Of a DNA stretch of 34,269 nt, positions 1-10,470 are shown piece by piece. The DNA is taken from the NCBI GenBank assembly GCA_032718475.1, contig JAUCBJ010004699.1, positions 1 to 34,269 of the forward strand. The letters are read 5' to 3'. Origin of the DNA: Nemertoderma westbladi (Eukaryota > Animalia > Xenacoelomorpha). A program made the translations under genes and the position numbers. The notes under the pieces were generated by a model that saw only the letters and a list, made by a program, of their open reading frames with translations, made no database searches and was not told the origin of the DNA. Every line of letters begins with the position of its first letter. Position 1 is the first letter of the stretch.

Positions 1-436
1 AATCAGCGCCCTCGAAAACCTGAAAATGTGAATTTATAGCATCGTATAAGTGAATTAAAAATTTTGTGTTCTAACTGAAAAGTGCTGGTTACTTGTTTTT
101 TTCATTTTTTTCCTAAGCAGAGAGGACTAAACAGCCATTTATAGTAATCATATCATTTTTTAATATTTTCCAATGTATTTTGCACCCCAGAAAACCTGTA
201 TTGAAAAATAATTAGCCGAAAATTTAACTTTCAAATTTGGTGAAAATTGTGCACTACTTTGGTGCTGCAATATAACCACCCCAGTACATTTTTTCGAAAA
301 TTTTTTTGTTGGTCGGATCCAGACAAGTGATACCTACGTACAAACAAAAAATCAGACGTTTTCGTCTGAAAATATTTGTAGATTTTAGATGGGGGTGGGG
401 GTCAATATGACCCCCCCCCCCCACCCAGCAGATGAG
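1..436. mobile_element. Right-hand end of a non-autonomous piggyBac-like DNA transposon (extreme terminus clipped)
   Basis: 241-422 is a diverged reverse complement of about 1123-1312 (GGTCATATTG.CCCC...CTAAAATCTACAAAT...TTTTTTGTTTGTACGTAG...TTTCGAAAAAA.GTACTGGGGTGGTTAT). The other copy starts at a TTAA; this copy stops at ...CCCAGCAGATGAG with no terminal GGTTAA. Confidence 0.6.
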
Positions 437-605
437 CTGCACAGCCAATGGTGTTGGTATTTGCCCCAAGAGCTGACTCGGAAAAAAAGCACCCCCCAAC
501 CCCCACTATGGATTACATTAGTAATGCGGAGGTCCAGCCACTAGAGGCCTGTGGAATGACTGGACACAATCGGCCTCACAGGCGGAATATAATCGGAATA
601 AATTT

Positions 606-1076
606 ATGGAAGAAATAAAATCTACAAACTCATGGACTTACACCGATCCTACAATCCCAACCACTGAAAAATTTGATGTTTTTTATTCAGATTTAAACCT
701 CATCTGCTCTAGTTATGTAACCCAGAATTCCATTCCTCCCCGAAAAATTCCTATTAAACCATGGATGACCGCGAACTTATTAAAATGAACTAAAGTTAAA
801 AATAAATTATACCGAATTTACATAAATAATCCCAATGAGCGTAATAAACTAAAATTTACTCAATACATGAATAAATTAACCTCGATTGTACGTACAGCGC
901 AAAAATCTTACTATTCAACTCAGTTTTAGTCCAATTCAAAAAACCCCTGAAACACATGGCTCATAATTAACACAGCGCTACATAGATCAAATAAACTCAA
1001 AACACCAAGGAAATTAGTTACACGCATAGGAGATAACATTGTAACTATCACATATCCATCTCAAATAGCTTCTACT
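606..1076 (+). pseudogene. LINE (CR1/L2-like) ORF2 fragment, region between endonuclease and RT, with in-frame stops
   Basis: Read through stops, the 606 frame gives KPWMTANLLK*TKVKNKLY...YMNKLTSIVRTAQKSYYSTQF*SNSKNP*NTWLIIN...SQIAST, the typical PW...K.KLY...YY...W.IIN...IA..FN pattern. It is cut at the TTAA at 1077-1080. Confidence 0.75.
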
Positions 1077-1080
1077 TTAA

Positions 1081-1312
1081 CTCTAATAGTACCGGGCTAT
1101 AAAATGTAGTACAAATACCAGCGGGGGGGGGGGGGGGGGGGGGGGTCATATTGCCCCTTCCCTCTAAAATCTACAAATTTTAACGAAAACACCTGATTTT
1201 TTGTTTGTACGTAGATCTCACTAGTCCGAATCCGACCGAAAAAAAAATTTCGAAAAAAGTACTGGGGTGGTTATTTTGCTGCACAAAAATTTCAAATAGT
1301 GAACAATTTTCA
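1081..1312. mobile_element. Left-hand end of a piggyBac-like non-autonomous element, same family as 1-436
   Basis: TTAA (1077-1080), then CTCTAATAGTACCGGGC, a G23 run (1123-1145) and the subterminal sequence shared in inverted orientation with 241-422. Confidence 0.6.
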
Positions 1313-1483
1313 TAATTAGTATGTTCATATGTAGTCGTCTCTGAATTATTGTAATATTTAATCATGATTATCGGGCTGTTCATTAAATTTTATACACCTT
1401 ATTTGTTTTATTTATCTTTTCTGTTTTAATTAAGGAATTAATTTCATAGGGAAATAATTTTCTAAAATTAATTTTTTTTACAG

Positions 1484-1672
1484 AATGGCTCTAGAACTAG
1501 AGAAACTACATGCAGGAAGTTTAGAAGTACTCATACATCGGCGAACTTTATTGGAGGACACTTTCGTGGAGGCGGAAATTGTAAACATCGTCAATCCAAT
1601 GAAATATGGTTCTTCTAAAAAGGCAGACGCCAAGAGAACCAAAGTTTCGTACAATACTTTGGTATTCCTGTT
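1484..1672 (+). other. Candidate 189-nt coding exon, unknown product
   Basis: Preceded by T-run+ACAG (AG at 1482-1483) and followed by GTAAGT (1673-1678). Length is a multiple of 3 and the frame is open (MALELEK...NTLVFL). Confidence 0.35.
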
Positions 1673-1987
1673 GTAAGTATTTAATAAATATAGAATAGAA
1701 AAAGGTATTCCTTCCTGTGAAATACAGTACCACACAAGGTCACTCCCCCCTAATTTGTAATTGTACAACTCTTTTATCATTCTTATTGCCTTACTAATGT
1801 ATGCCTAAACCAACATAAAATTTCTACAACCTTATACATTTAACTCAGTTCAACATCGTGATTGCGACTATCTAAAAGTCTTATTGAACAGTTATTTCAG
1901 TCTGATCGTCATAACCTTCTTCCACCATACGCCTGAAAGTATTCACTCCGGTCAAAATCCACCCACCTGTTGACCATTGGTTCATCA

Positions 1988-2212
1988 ATGAGTGACTTAG
2001 TCTGCTCCAACTGCAATAAAACCAATTGCCAACGGTGTGGCCAGTGCGGTTGCTATTGCAGGTGTTGTGATCATTGCTCATCCACTCACGCTTGTTACAC
2101 TTGCTATTGCTGTTTCAAACCAACTTGTTGTTGCGATTGTGTACCCTGTGAAAGGTGTGGAAAGGCTGTCAATTATACCGGAGGGCTGTGTTGCAATTGT
2201 AGTGCTAGATGA
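1988..2212 (+). CDS. Small cysteine-rich, metallothionein-like protein (74 aa)
   Basis: ATG at 1988; 23 of 74 residues are Cys, in CxxC, CxC, CC and CCC motifs. Confidence 0.5.
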   Translation: MSDLVCSNCNKTNCQRCGQCGCYCRCCDHCSSTHACYTCYCCFKPTCCCDCVPCERCGKAVNYTGGLCCNCSAR

Positions 2213-2224
2213 GCTTAAATCATC

Positions 2225-2512
2225 ATGGCTGAAGATTCAAAAATACACAGCTTCATCATCAATAGGACGAGACACGTCACGCTAGACCTATGGAATGATT
2301 CTAATGAACAACTAGAGAATGTTATCACAAATATGAATGAGATTAATGTAGCCACGTTAGATAAACTTCGAGTTCAATGGAAGGCTGCAACAACTCTGCA
2401 GGCTCAAGCACAAATAGGCAGAGAAATTGGAGAAGCGTTCATTGAGATCAGGAATCAAGTAGGGGTTATAGAGTATTTGGACAAACAGGTGATAAATGTT
2501 AGCGGATGTTGA
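2225..2512 (+). CDS. Hypothetical 95-aa protein, probably helical
   Basis: Starts 12 nt after the Cys-rich ORF stop; ordinary amino-acid composition; no recognised motif. Confidence 0.3.
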   Translation: MAEDSKIHSFIINRTRHVTLDLWNDSNEQLENVITNMNEINVATLDKLRVQWKAATTLQAQAQIGREIGEAFIEIRNQVGVIEYLDKQVINVSGC

Positions 2513-2573
2513 CTCTGTCACAACAATACTTAATGCTAATTAATTAATTAAAGTTGCCACAAACAACGCATAA

Positions 2574-3470
2574 TTTTCTCAAGAAACAATCACCATTTGG
2601 AACAATGCCTGTGACACAGGTGCCATACTGGGTGCCTGGCGGAGGGTCACAGCAAAGGGCACTAGATTATCAAGAGGTCTAATGACAGTGTTCAGAGAAG
2701 GCAGAGGTAATGAATTGGAACTTCGTGAACCCATATTGAATGTACCAAATTTAATTGAACATGTAGAGGCAATGCCACAAGAAGATCGAGATAATAATCA
2801 ATTATCAATAGCAAATGCTTTCATGCTTGACTATTCATTGTTGTTACTATATCATTGCAAAAGACATAATCCTACAATAACTCTTGAAGGGTACTCTTTA
2901 TTAAAAGAATAGCTAAAATGTCCAGAACATGAGGGTTCAACAAGAGGATGTTCACAGGTGCCTCAAACACTAGACTCTATGAACCCTTCGGGAATGCAAT
3001 GAGGGATTTAGAAGCATATACTGTAGATTACGTGACAACCCGGCAGAGATGTCCTTAAACAGATTTATCATGGGTGCCTCTTGCTATGAGCTGACAGGAA
3101 GTGAATTGATCCTAGTTGGATTGAACATTGAAGAAAGATTCAAGGCCATAGCCAGACTACAAGAGATGAAGCCAGCAAGCGAGGACAAAGAGTCCACATC
3201 ACAGCAAGAACATGTTGTACATCAGCTCGCTTCAACTGGCAACCGTCCCAATTTTCACAAGAATAAAGTAAGAATACCTAAAGGAGCCTTAAGCAATGTT
3301 GTTTTTGCAGTAGGTGACAATGCAGAACAACAACAATGCCAGCAGGAACCGGCTGCCAGGGAACAAAGGGCTGAGGACAATGTCGTGAGAGAACACATGA
3401 ACAACCTTATTTTAAAACTGAGAGTCTTGAATGGAGAAGAATTCCCTGAAGAAGATGAGGAGATCGATGA
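2574..3470 (+). pseudogene. Degenerate unknown coding sequence (possibly gag-like)
   Basis: Frame open 2574-2912, then a second frame with stops (…CLKH*TL*TLRECNEGFRSIYCRL…) running into the 3049 ORF. No diagnostic motif. Confidence 0.25.
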
Positions 3471-3477
3471 AAACATC

Positions 3478-3790
3478 TGGCTGCGTAACAAATGGAGAAC
3501 GTTTGCCTTCTCCACCTGGGAGAAGAAAGGTGCGGAACCGAGCCTAGAGGAAATGTCGAACTTCCTCAATTACGAAGCGGAGTTGATCACGGACCCAGTC
3601 TAGAGCGAAGATAGTCTGGGGAACGGGCCAAAGACCGAATATAACAGGCCGAAACCAGAACATAATGCGGCAAATGCACTACCAATACTTAGACAATCGC
3701 TGCCATATGCAGCAACACAGGGGACTGCAAGTCCACATGTAGCCGGGGGTAGGGCCACACCATGGAGTGGACAGGGGCAAAATAACAACG
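3478..3790 (+). pseudogene. BEL/Pao LTR retrotransposon gag fragment
   Basis: WLRNKWRTFAFSTWEKKGAEPSLEEMSNFLNYEAELITDPV*S fits the BEL/Pao gag pattern W...W...P.F..FV..EA....DPV(F/Y)S, with a premature TAG at 3601-3603. Confidence 0.6.
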
Positions 3791-4269
3791 ACGAATAAAA
3801 TTAAAACAAGTATAGGCTACAGTAGATTATTATTATGGCTGACAAACACAGCGCCATAAATATTAGTCATTGTCGGGTATCGATTACCCAAAATCACTTT
3901 ACTGAAGCAACTGAAGAACCGAGATGGGAGATAACCGCGGTTCGGGGCTGCGGACGGGGCCGCGGACAGGGCCGTCAAGGGGGACGCATCGAGAGAGCGC
4001 CATACAGCGCAGCACGGCGCGGGACATACGGCGCGGGACAGACAAACAGCGCGGCACCTGGAAACGTCGCGGGAGCGCCGAACAGTGAGGAAGCGCCGAA
4101 TGGCGAAGAAACGGGAGTGGCCGATAAGGATAAGATGGACTGAAGTCACAAATGCGGCCAATACTGTAGTACTGAAATCCTATAAAGTATTGAATTTTCG
4201 TTATCGGTATGAAATTGTCCCCGGTTTCTATGTAGTTTCTGGTTGAATTGTCTCTATTTAAACGATAAA

Positions 4270-5583
4270 CTAAAGACGAGGCCAAGTAGGATGGCAGTAA
4301 TAACCATCTCCAGCAAAGATGAGGTCCTGGAGATGAGGACGGGGTGCGAGATAGTAGCGATAGCACCGGGATGTGACTATGGGGCGACCATCGACCCCAC
4401 CCAGGTAATAGAATCTATCAACATTAATGCCAGGCGACCAACTAACATCGAAGTCGAACAATACAGATTCCTGGACAAAATCGATTTCTCAATACCGGAG
4501 GTGGACGTCAGGAAGGTATCCATAATAGTGGGAATGGATTGCACGACGGCCCACGAGAGGATACAGACGGTCTTCGGCGAAGACAAACAGCTTGATCCAA
4601 TGGCAGTTCTAACGCCATTCGGATGGACGCTAAGCCTCAAAACCAATATTCCATTTAGGATGTCAGAGACATCGGGGTGCATGTTCGCGGGAACTATGAT
4701 GGAGATGGAAGACGAAGGAGCTGAGGAGCAGCTTAAGAGACTGTTGAAGCAGGACTTTGAGGGACTAAAGGAGACTGGGGTTGGAACCTCGATAGAGGAT
4801 AAGCAAGCAATACAGAGTGTGAAGGAGTCAATGAGATGCGACGAGGGGCGGTACACCATAGGCATGGTGTGGAAACAGCCAAAACTACCGCTACCCGAGA
4901 ACAAGGGGATGGTACTCACGAGGCTTCGCAAGCTGAAGCAAACGCTGAAACTGAGCCCCAAAAAAGATGAGTACATCCATAAGACGATAAAGAAGTACGT
5001 CGAGAAAGGATGGGCTGTGGAGTTGCCGGTCGATGAACCGAACACGGACAGGACCTACTACCTGCCACTTCATGTGGCCTTAGACCCAAAGAAGGGTAAA
5101 CTGCGGATGGTGGTTGACGCATCAGCTAAGACCAATGGCAAGAGCCTGAACGACTATCTGCTGGAGGGCCCCAATATCTTCAACTTGGGGATTGGGGTCT
5201 TGTTGAGATTTAGGAATGGGAGGCACGCCTTCACGTGCGAAATAGAAGGCATGTTTAACCAAGTCCGTGTGACGGAGGAGGACAGCGACAGCCAGCGCTT
5301 CCTATGGTACAACGGAAACGAGGAGCCATCGACAATACCGATGTATAAGATGGTGGTGCAGAACATGGGGGCCAAGTCGTCCTCATTCACGACGACTATG
5401 GCTGTAAGAGATACAGTAGAGGGGAAAGAGAGGGAGTATAGCGCTAGAGCGATCGATATGATTCGACGTGGCTTCTATGTAGACGATGGGATGGAATCTG
5501 GAAACACGGTTAAAGAATTACTGGACATAGGGCGCGAGGTTCGCGACATCCTGAAAGGATCCGGATTTAACCTGACCAAGTTC
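4270..5583 (+). mobile_element. BEL/Pao pol fragment: C-terminal half of protease region plus reverse transcriptase, truncated at both ends
   Basis: IIVGMD...PMAVLTPFGW; YYLPLHVALDPKKGKLRMVVDASAKTNGKSLNDYLLEGP; VLLRFR; EIEGMFNQV; QRFLW; MGAKSS; FYVDD; GFNLTKF. RNase H and integrase are absent. Confidence 0.93.
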
Positions 5584-5610
5584 CAGTGGCCCCAGTGGTT
5601 TTAGGGTTAA
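5584..5610. mobile_element. Short piggyBac-like terminus at the BEL/Pao truncation point
   Basis: CAGTGGCCCCAGTGGTTTTAGGG followed by TTAA (5607-5610). Confidence 0.4.
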
Positions 5611-6519
5611 GGTTGATGCTATCTTCTCACCGGGAAGATAGCATGGGGGGGGGGGGGGTGTAAGCGGATTCAATTCCCCACACCACCCACCGAAAACGGG
5701 ACCAGTGGCATTTTACCAATATAGTTGGCTATGCGAGATTACCAATAATAATCTTGCCTCATAACCAACTCGGGGGGGGGGGGGGGGGCGAAACACGCCC
5801 TAAGCCACAGAGAGAGGTGAGAGGTCAAACCACCTCAGAGGGACAACCCAGCTAGTGGAGGCTAGCAGCAGGGGGTAACACCAAGAGGGAGGAGTGGCGA
5901 GGCGAGAATTAATAGTTGAGCCAATAACTGGCAAGCAAGTAGATTGGGCGGATAGCAGCGCATCCATTGGGTACCAAAGGCCACAGTAGTGTAGAGCTGA
6001 GACCAATATGTATCAATTATATAGTTACTCTAGTTGCTGATTTACCGGTCAGTTGATTCTCACACAGTTGCAGACCGGCATAGTTTTGACCGTCAATTGT
6101 ATTACAATCTATATCGTCATTTCATATCGTAATTTATATAGACTATACTGTTGCTGTTAACTCAATTATATATCTGACTGTGCTATTATCACTGCAATTA
6201 TTAATACGGAGAAACAAACTATTATTTTCCAACCGGCCAAATATATTAGCCCAGCAGCCAAGTGACACGTACAACCTTACCCTGTCGGGATCTATTCTCC
6301 CCACCACCCCACTCCCCACTAAGACATTCAACCAAACCGCTTTGTACTTTATTTTATTAGTAAATATAAATGGTGATTTAATAATCTGAAAAAAATGATA
6401 TATTATTGGTGTAGTGTATGCCGCCCTCTGTTGTTCATTTTTTTAGAATCTTCATTTTTTCAGATTATTAAAATATATTATAATAGTTGATTTTCAGAAT
6501 TTTCAGAATTGCAAAATCT

Positions 6520-6847
6520 TGTTATTGACGAAAGTATGTCTGTTTCTGCCTAATTGGTAGCTGAGGCGAATTCTAAGTTGAAGGGTGTTAAATCAGTTGT
6601 TGAATTCGGTTTTACATCAGATTGCTTAATTAATGCGGGGGGGGGGGACTCTCTATAGACACCTAGCGGCTTTGTTTAATTGTTTCTTAATCCATGGGTT
6701 TGTACCCGATGTTCTCTTATATTTTATATTTCATCGAATTACAGAGGAACAGCTATTTCTTCTTTACTATTAAAGGTATTTGAATGGGTGATGCTCAGAG
6801 AGAGACGAGATTCAGTTCGATGAACTACAATTTGGCTTTCAGAAAGG
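6520..6847 (+). pseudogene. Degenerate LINE reverse-transcriptase N-terminal fragment (clade uncertain)
   Basis: Across frameshifts: KLKGVKS..FGFTSDCLINAG...LYRHLAALFNCFLIHGFVPD...SNYRGTAISSLLLKVFEWVML...DELQFGFQKG (NYRxI and QFGF motifs). Confidence 0.8.
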
Positions 6848-6888
6848 ATCCAGTACAACAAGCTGTACATGGGCAGTTTGGTCAGCAA

Positions 6889-7026
6889 AAAACAATTATT
6901 CATCCCCCAAAAACAATTATTCATCCCCCAAAAACAATTAATGATTCCCCAAAAACAATTATTCATCCCCCAAAAACAATTATTATACCCCCAAAAACAA
7001 TTATTCTACCCCCAAAAACAATTAGT
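6889..7026. repeat. 21-bp minisatellite (AAAACAATTATTCATCCCCCA), about 6.5 copies
   Basis: Directly visible; produces the KTIIHPP repeat in ORF 6784-7077. Confidence 0.9.
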
Positions 7027-7463
7027 AATAATAAAAAAAAAATAAATACTAATAATACCAAAAATAATTACTTGTAGAAATTACTACTAAAGAAATTATT
7101 CCAGCACCCAATATTTTATATTAACTACGCTTTGGTCAGTTGCCATGCTTCAGTTACAGTATTCGTACCCATAGGCCTATTACCTTCAGAACAACGTATT
7201 CTGTTATTAGGTTTCGTACCAATATACCTACAGTAATCACCCGTTTATGTCACACCCGAAATTGGGTGTGCCAAAAATAACGAACCACTAAGTCTTCTAA
7301 CTAAGTCTTCTAACACTAAGGCTTCTTTCTATATTACTTTCAATCGGTTCAGTAATACTAATACTAATAAGTAGGTTGATTATGGAAGGGTGGCTTACAC
7401 ATACACACTACAAAGGTCTCCCATTAGGTCAAATATCAGAATTTGCTTTTGTGCATCGTCTTT

Positions 7464-7818
7464 TGTTCAGTACCTAATTCAAGGTTGTCTTTGTTGTTCA
7501 GTGCATACCTTAAAGGTTGTCTGGTGTTCAGTACCTAATTTAAGGTTGTCTTAGGTGTTCAGTACCAACTTAAGTTTGTCTCCGGTGTTCAGTACCTAAT
7601 TTAAGGTTGTCTTTGGTGTTCAGTACCTTATTTAAGTTTGTCTCTGGTCTTCAGTAAGTACCTTAAAGGTTGACTTTTGTTCAGTACCTAATTGAATTCA
7701 AGGTTCTGGTTTTTAGAACATAATTTAAGGTTGGCTCTGGTTTTCAGAACCTAATTTAAGGTTGTTCAGAACGTGTGTTAAAGGTTGTCTTTGGTGTTCA
7801 GTATTTACCAAAGGTTGA
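7464..7818. repeat. Degenerate 31-33-bp minisatellite (GTTCAGTACCTAATTTAAGGTTGTCTTTGGT), about 11 copies
   Basis: Directly visible head-to-tail repeats with no unique spacers. Confidence 0.9.
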
Positions 7819-8310
7819 TACCATAGGCGATCCATCACTACTTTACTAGATCTACATCAGCTCAGAACCGTTGTCGTGATCAATAAAGAGATCAATGACA
7901 ATGGTGGATATACAGTCAGCGGATGGTTCAAGTGTGGAAAGTCCACAGAAACTGAGCAGGCGATGTCAGTGCACAACATGCACGTCACCAGTATAATGGT
8001 AACTCAGTAGAACAAGGAGTCTCTTCGGTTGAGATACGTCCCAAGGGGAAATGTCCAGATCAAAGTTATTTCGGTTCAACCGCAATCTGTAATTGTCCCT
8101 CAGCACTAATCCCCCCCCCCCCCCCCCCCCCCCCCCACTGATCTCTAGAACGTAGTTAAATCAAGTTGTGTTATTCATTAATTCTTAATAATAATTATAT
8201 ATAATCGATTCAATTACTTAGATTATGAAGTAAATACTAGAAGACTAGAAGTCAATGAATTTAATAATAATACATAAAAATCATCATCATGAATTTCTAA
8301 AAATAAAAGT

Positions 8311-8351
8311 GTTGGGCAGATTCTGCCCAACCCCAGGTGGAATAGGGTTAA
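8311..8351. mobile_element. piggyBac-like right terminus
   Basis: Palindrome GTTGGGCAGA-T-TCTGCCCAAC (8311-8331), then CCCAGGTGGAATAGGG and TTAA (8348-8351). Confidence 0.65.
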
Positions 8352-8655
8352 GTAAAGTTTACAGGCCAATACTAATACTGCCTAATGTAGTAATCGCATG
8401 ACGCAATAAAAAAGTAAATTGTTCTAACTCAAGCTCTAATCTGCAAACGGCAAACATTAACTATTAGGTCTAAAGCAAGTTTCCATCACCTCAGCTGTTT
8501 CATCTCTCCACCTACTGACATTCGACTATGTCTACATTTCTCTAAATTGTTAACTCGGTCCTCCAAATTTTATCTTTCTTGTTTTAATTTTCAACTCATT
8601 CCTTCAAAGTTACTCCTTCTTGTTTGACTGCATATACGTTTCTCCGAATTTACAA

Positions 8656-10470
8656 ATGGCACCTCACAAAAATCGTACCTACCTTGTTTGTCCTGTTGAT
8701 GGTTGTTCGTTCAAAGAACCCACACCATACTTATTAAGCCACCTCAAGCACCACACCCTGATGCCAGGTGAGAGCAAGTGTTAAGCTAAGTACAGCTTGT
8801 AGTGTTAAACTAATAGAGCTAAGTACAGTAAGTTTTGACAGGAAGAAGTAGGAAGGTTGTACCAAAAGGCCAGACTTGATAAAAATTTTCCCAAGAATAC
8901 TAATAATACTGATGTGGAAGAAGTAGAAAACCTTAGGGTAATATTTCTATTTCCCTTGGAAATATAGTGGAGGTTTAGTGATAGGTTTTACCTTTCAGAA
9001 TGTAATAGGATGGAGGGAAATCTGGGGGGAGGGGGGGGGGGGACAAAGTTATCCAAAAGCACAGGCCTATGACGTACTTAAAATCGCAAGCTATATAAAT
9101 GACCGAACCGGAAAAAAACATGAGGAATACACACTATGTAGATGAGTATTTATACAAGCTTAAGGAATTAGGAATGACTGCAGAGAGTATTAATTGTCCA
9201 TTAAAAAACTTAAAGAAGTACATGAAGTTCAGAATAAACAAGTAAGGCCACTTTAGAATAAAACCTGACTCATTGTGGGACCAATTTAAAGATTGTTTAG
9301 ATGCTCACCAAGCCTTCCAAAAGTCGAGTATTTCTAACCTCATAAGTAAGAGAATTATACAACGTAGGATAGAGGACTATGAAAAGTTTGTAGATAGAGA
9401 TCCACGAGAAACTATACGTATTATAACAGATAGTAATGTTAAGGAGCAAGTTGAATTAGCAAAACAAAATTTACTAAGCCAAAAACAAATAAATAGGACA
9501 GATTACCTTCTTGTTGTGAGCCCTTCTCTAAGTCTTGTTGTTCTTGTTGTTGCTTGATGTGAGGTCCCTCATGGCCCCCCTTATGGTTCTAGAAGTACAA
9601 AGACCGATGGTTGTGAGCACTTTACAGCTTTCTGAGTTTCGTCGTGGGGGGCAACCTAAATTCTGTGGGGATGGTATACATGTTGTTGCTGAGTTGCTTG
9701 CCCATTTTGGCTTATCAGATGATCTCTATGATGAAACTTTATTCTATATTGAAAATATTAGACCTAAAATCGTTCGAATGCAACCCAAATCTGTAGATAT
9801 TGCTAATGATCTAAAATATGTCTTTCTAAATACAGTAGGTAAGCAATTCATTAGCCCTGGACAGGAATTAAAGAGACTTTACGACACATTCCCCGAAATT
9901 CCATACCACAATTTAACTCCTACGGCTTGTCGCAAGTTGTTAGAGACTGCAGCTATGGGTTTTGACGAAGAAACTCAGAAAGCTGCATCGTTCTATTTAG
10001 CACACTCAGAAAAAACCGCTTGCATAGACTCTAAGTTTGGGGTTAAAAATGTATTAGCTGCCCATAATGCTCTACATCAGCTCCTATTAACACCTCCAAT
10101 AACCCCCACTACACCAGATAGGCCAACTATCCCAACCTCCACAACACCAGATAGGCCAACTAATCCAACCTCCACAACACCAGATAGGCCAACTAATCCA
10201 ACCCCCACAACACCAGATAGGCCAACTAATCCAACCCCCACAACACCAGATAGGCCAACTAATCCAACCACCACAACACCAGATAGGCCAACTATTTCAA
10301 CTCCCACAACACCAGATAGTCCAACTATACAAACTCCACAAAGCCCACCAATAAAGGAACCTTATATAAAATTAACTGCCCATTCAAATGTATCACCACA
10401 AAAAATTGCCCCACCATTGGCAATCTATTATCCCCTCTGGCAGTCCCTAACTTCTGTGTGCATGTCCTAG
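8656..10470 (+). pseudogene. Degenerate tyrosine-recombinase gene with an N-terminal C2H2 finger exon and a C-terminal T/P-rich repeat
   Basis: Exon 8656-8767 (CPVDGC-x11-HLKHH, donor GTGAG). A core-binding-like segment YVDEYLYKLKELGMTAESINCPLKNLKKYMKF at about 9136-9240. Catalytic-like motifs QRPMVVSTLQLSEF, YIENIRP, YVFLNTVGK, TPTACRKLLET and LAHSEKTA. The expected nucleophile Tyr after HSxxTA is missing. Confidence 0.65.
10108..10338 (+). repeat. 33-bp coding tandem repeat (TTPDRPTNPTP), 7 copies
   Basis: ACACCAGATAGGCCAACT recurs at 10111, 10144, 10177 and onward, in frame with ORF 9535-10470. Confidence 0.92.

Noticed and set aside
241-1312. One element bounded by inverted repeats carrying a LINE fragment
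   Set aside because: The terminal ends of the two repeats point toward the intervening DNA, so they are the right end of one copy and the left end of another.
2037-2285. Hydrophobic membrane-protein ORF
   Set aside because: Val/Ala/Ile richness is what a shifted reading of TGT/TGC codons gives and it has no ATG start; treated as a shadow, though not formally excluded.
6180-6430. LINE endonuclease remnant (YIIGVVY near 6400-6420)
   Set aside because: Only one weak motif; not enough support.
6739-7077. ORFs 6784-7077 and 6739-6966 as genes
   Set aside because: Produced by the 21-bp minisatellite joined to out-of-frame LINE sequence.
7464-7818. CRISPR-like array of 31-33-bp repeats
   Set aside because: Units are head-to-tail and degenerate with no unique spacers, there are no cas genes, and the context is eukaryotic.
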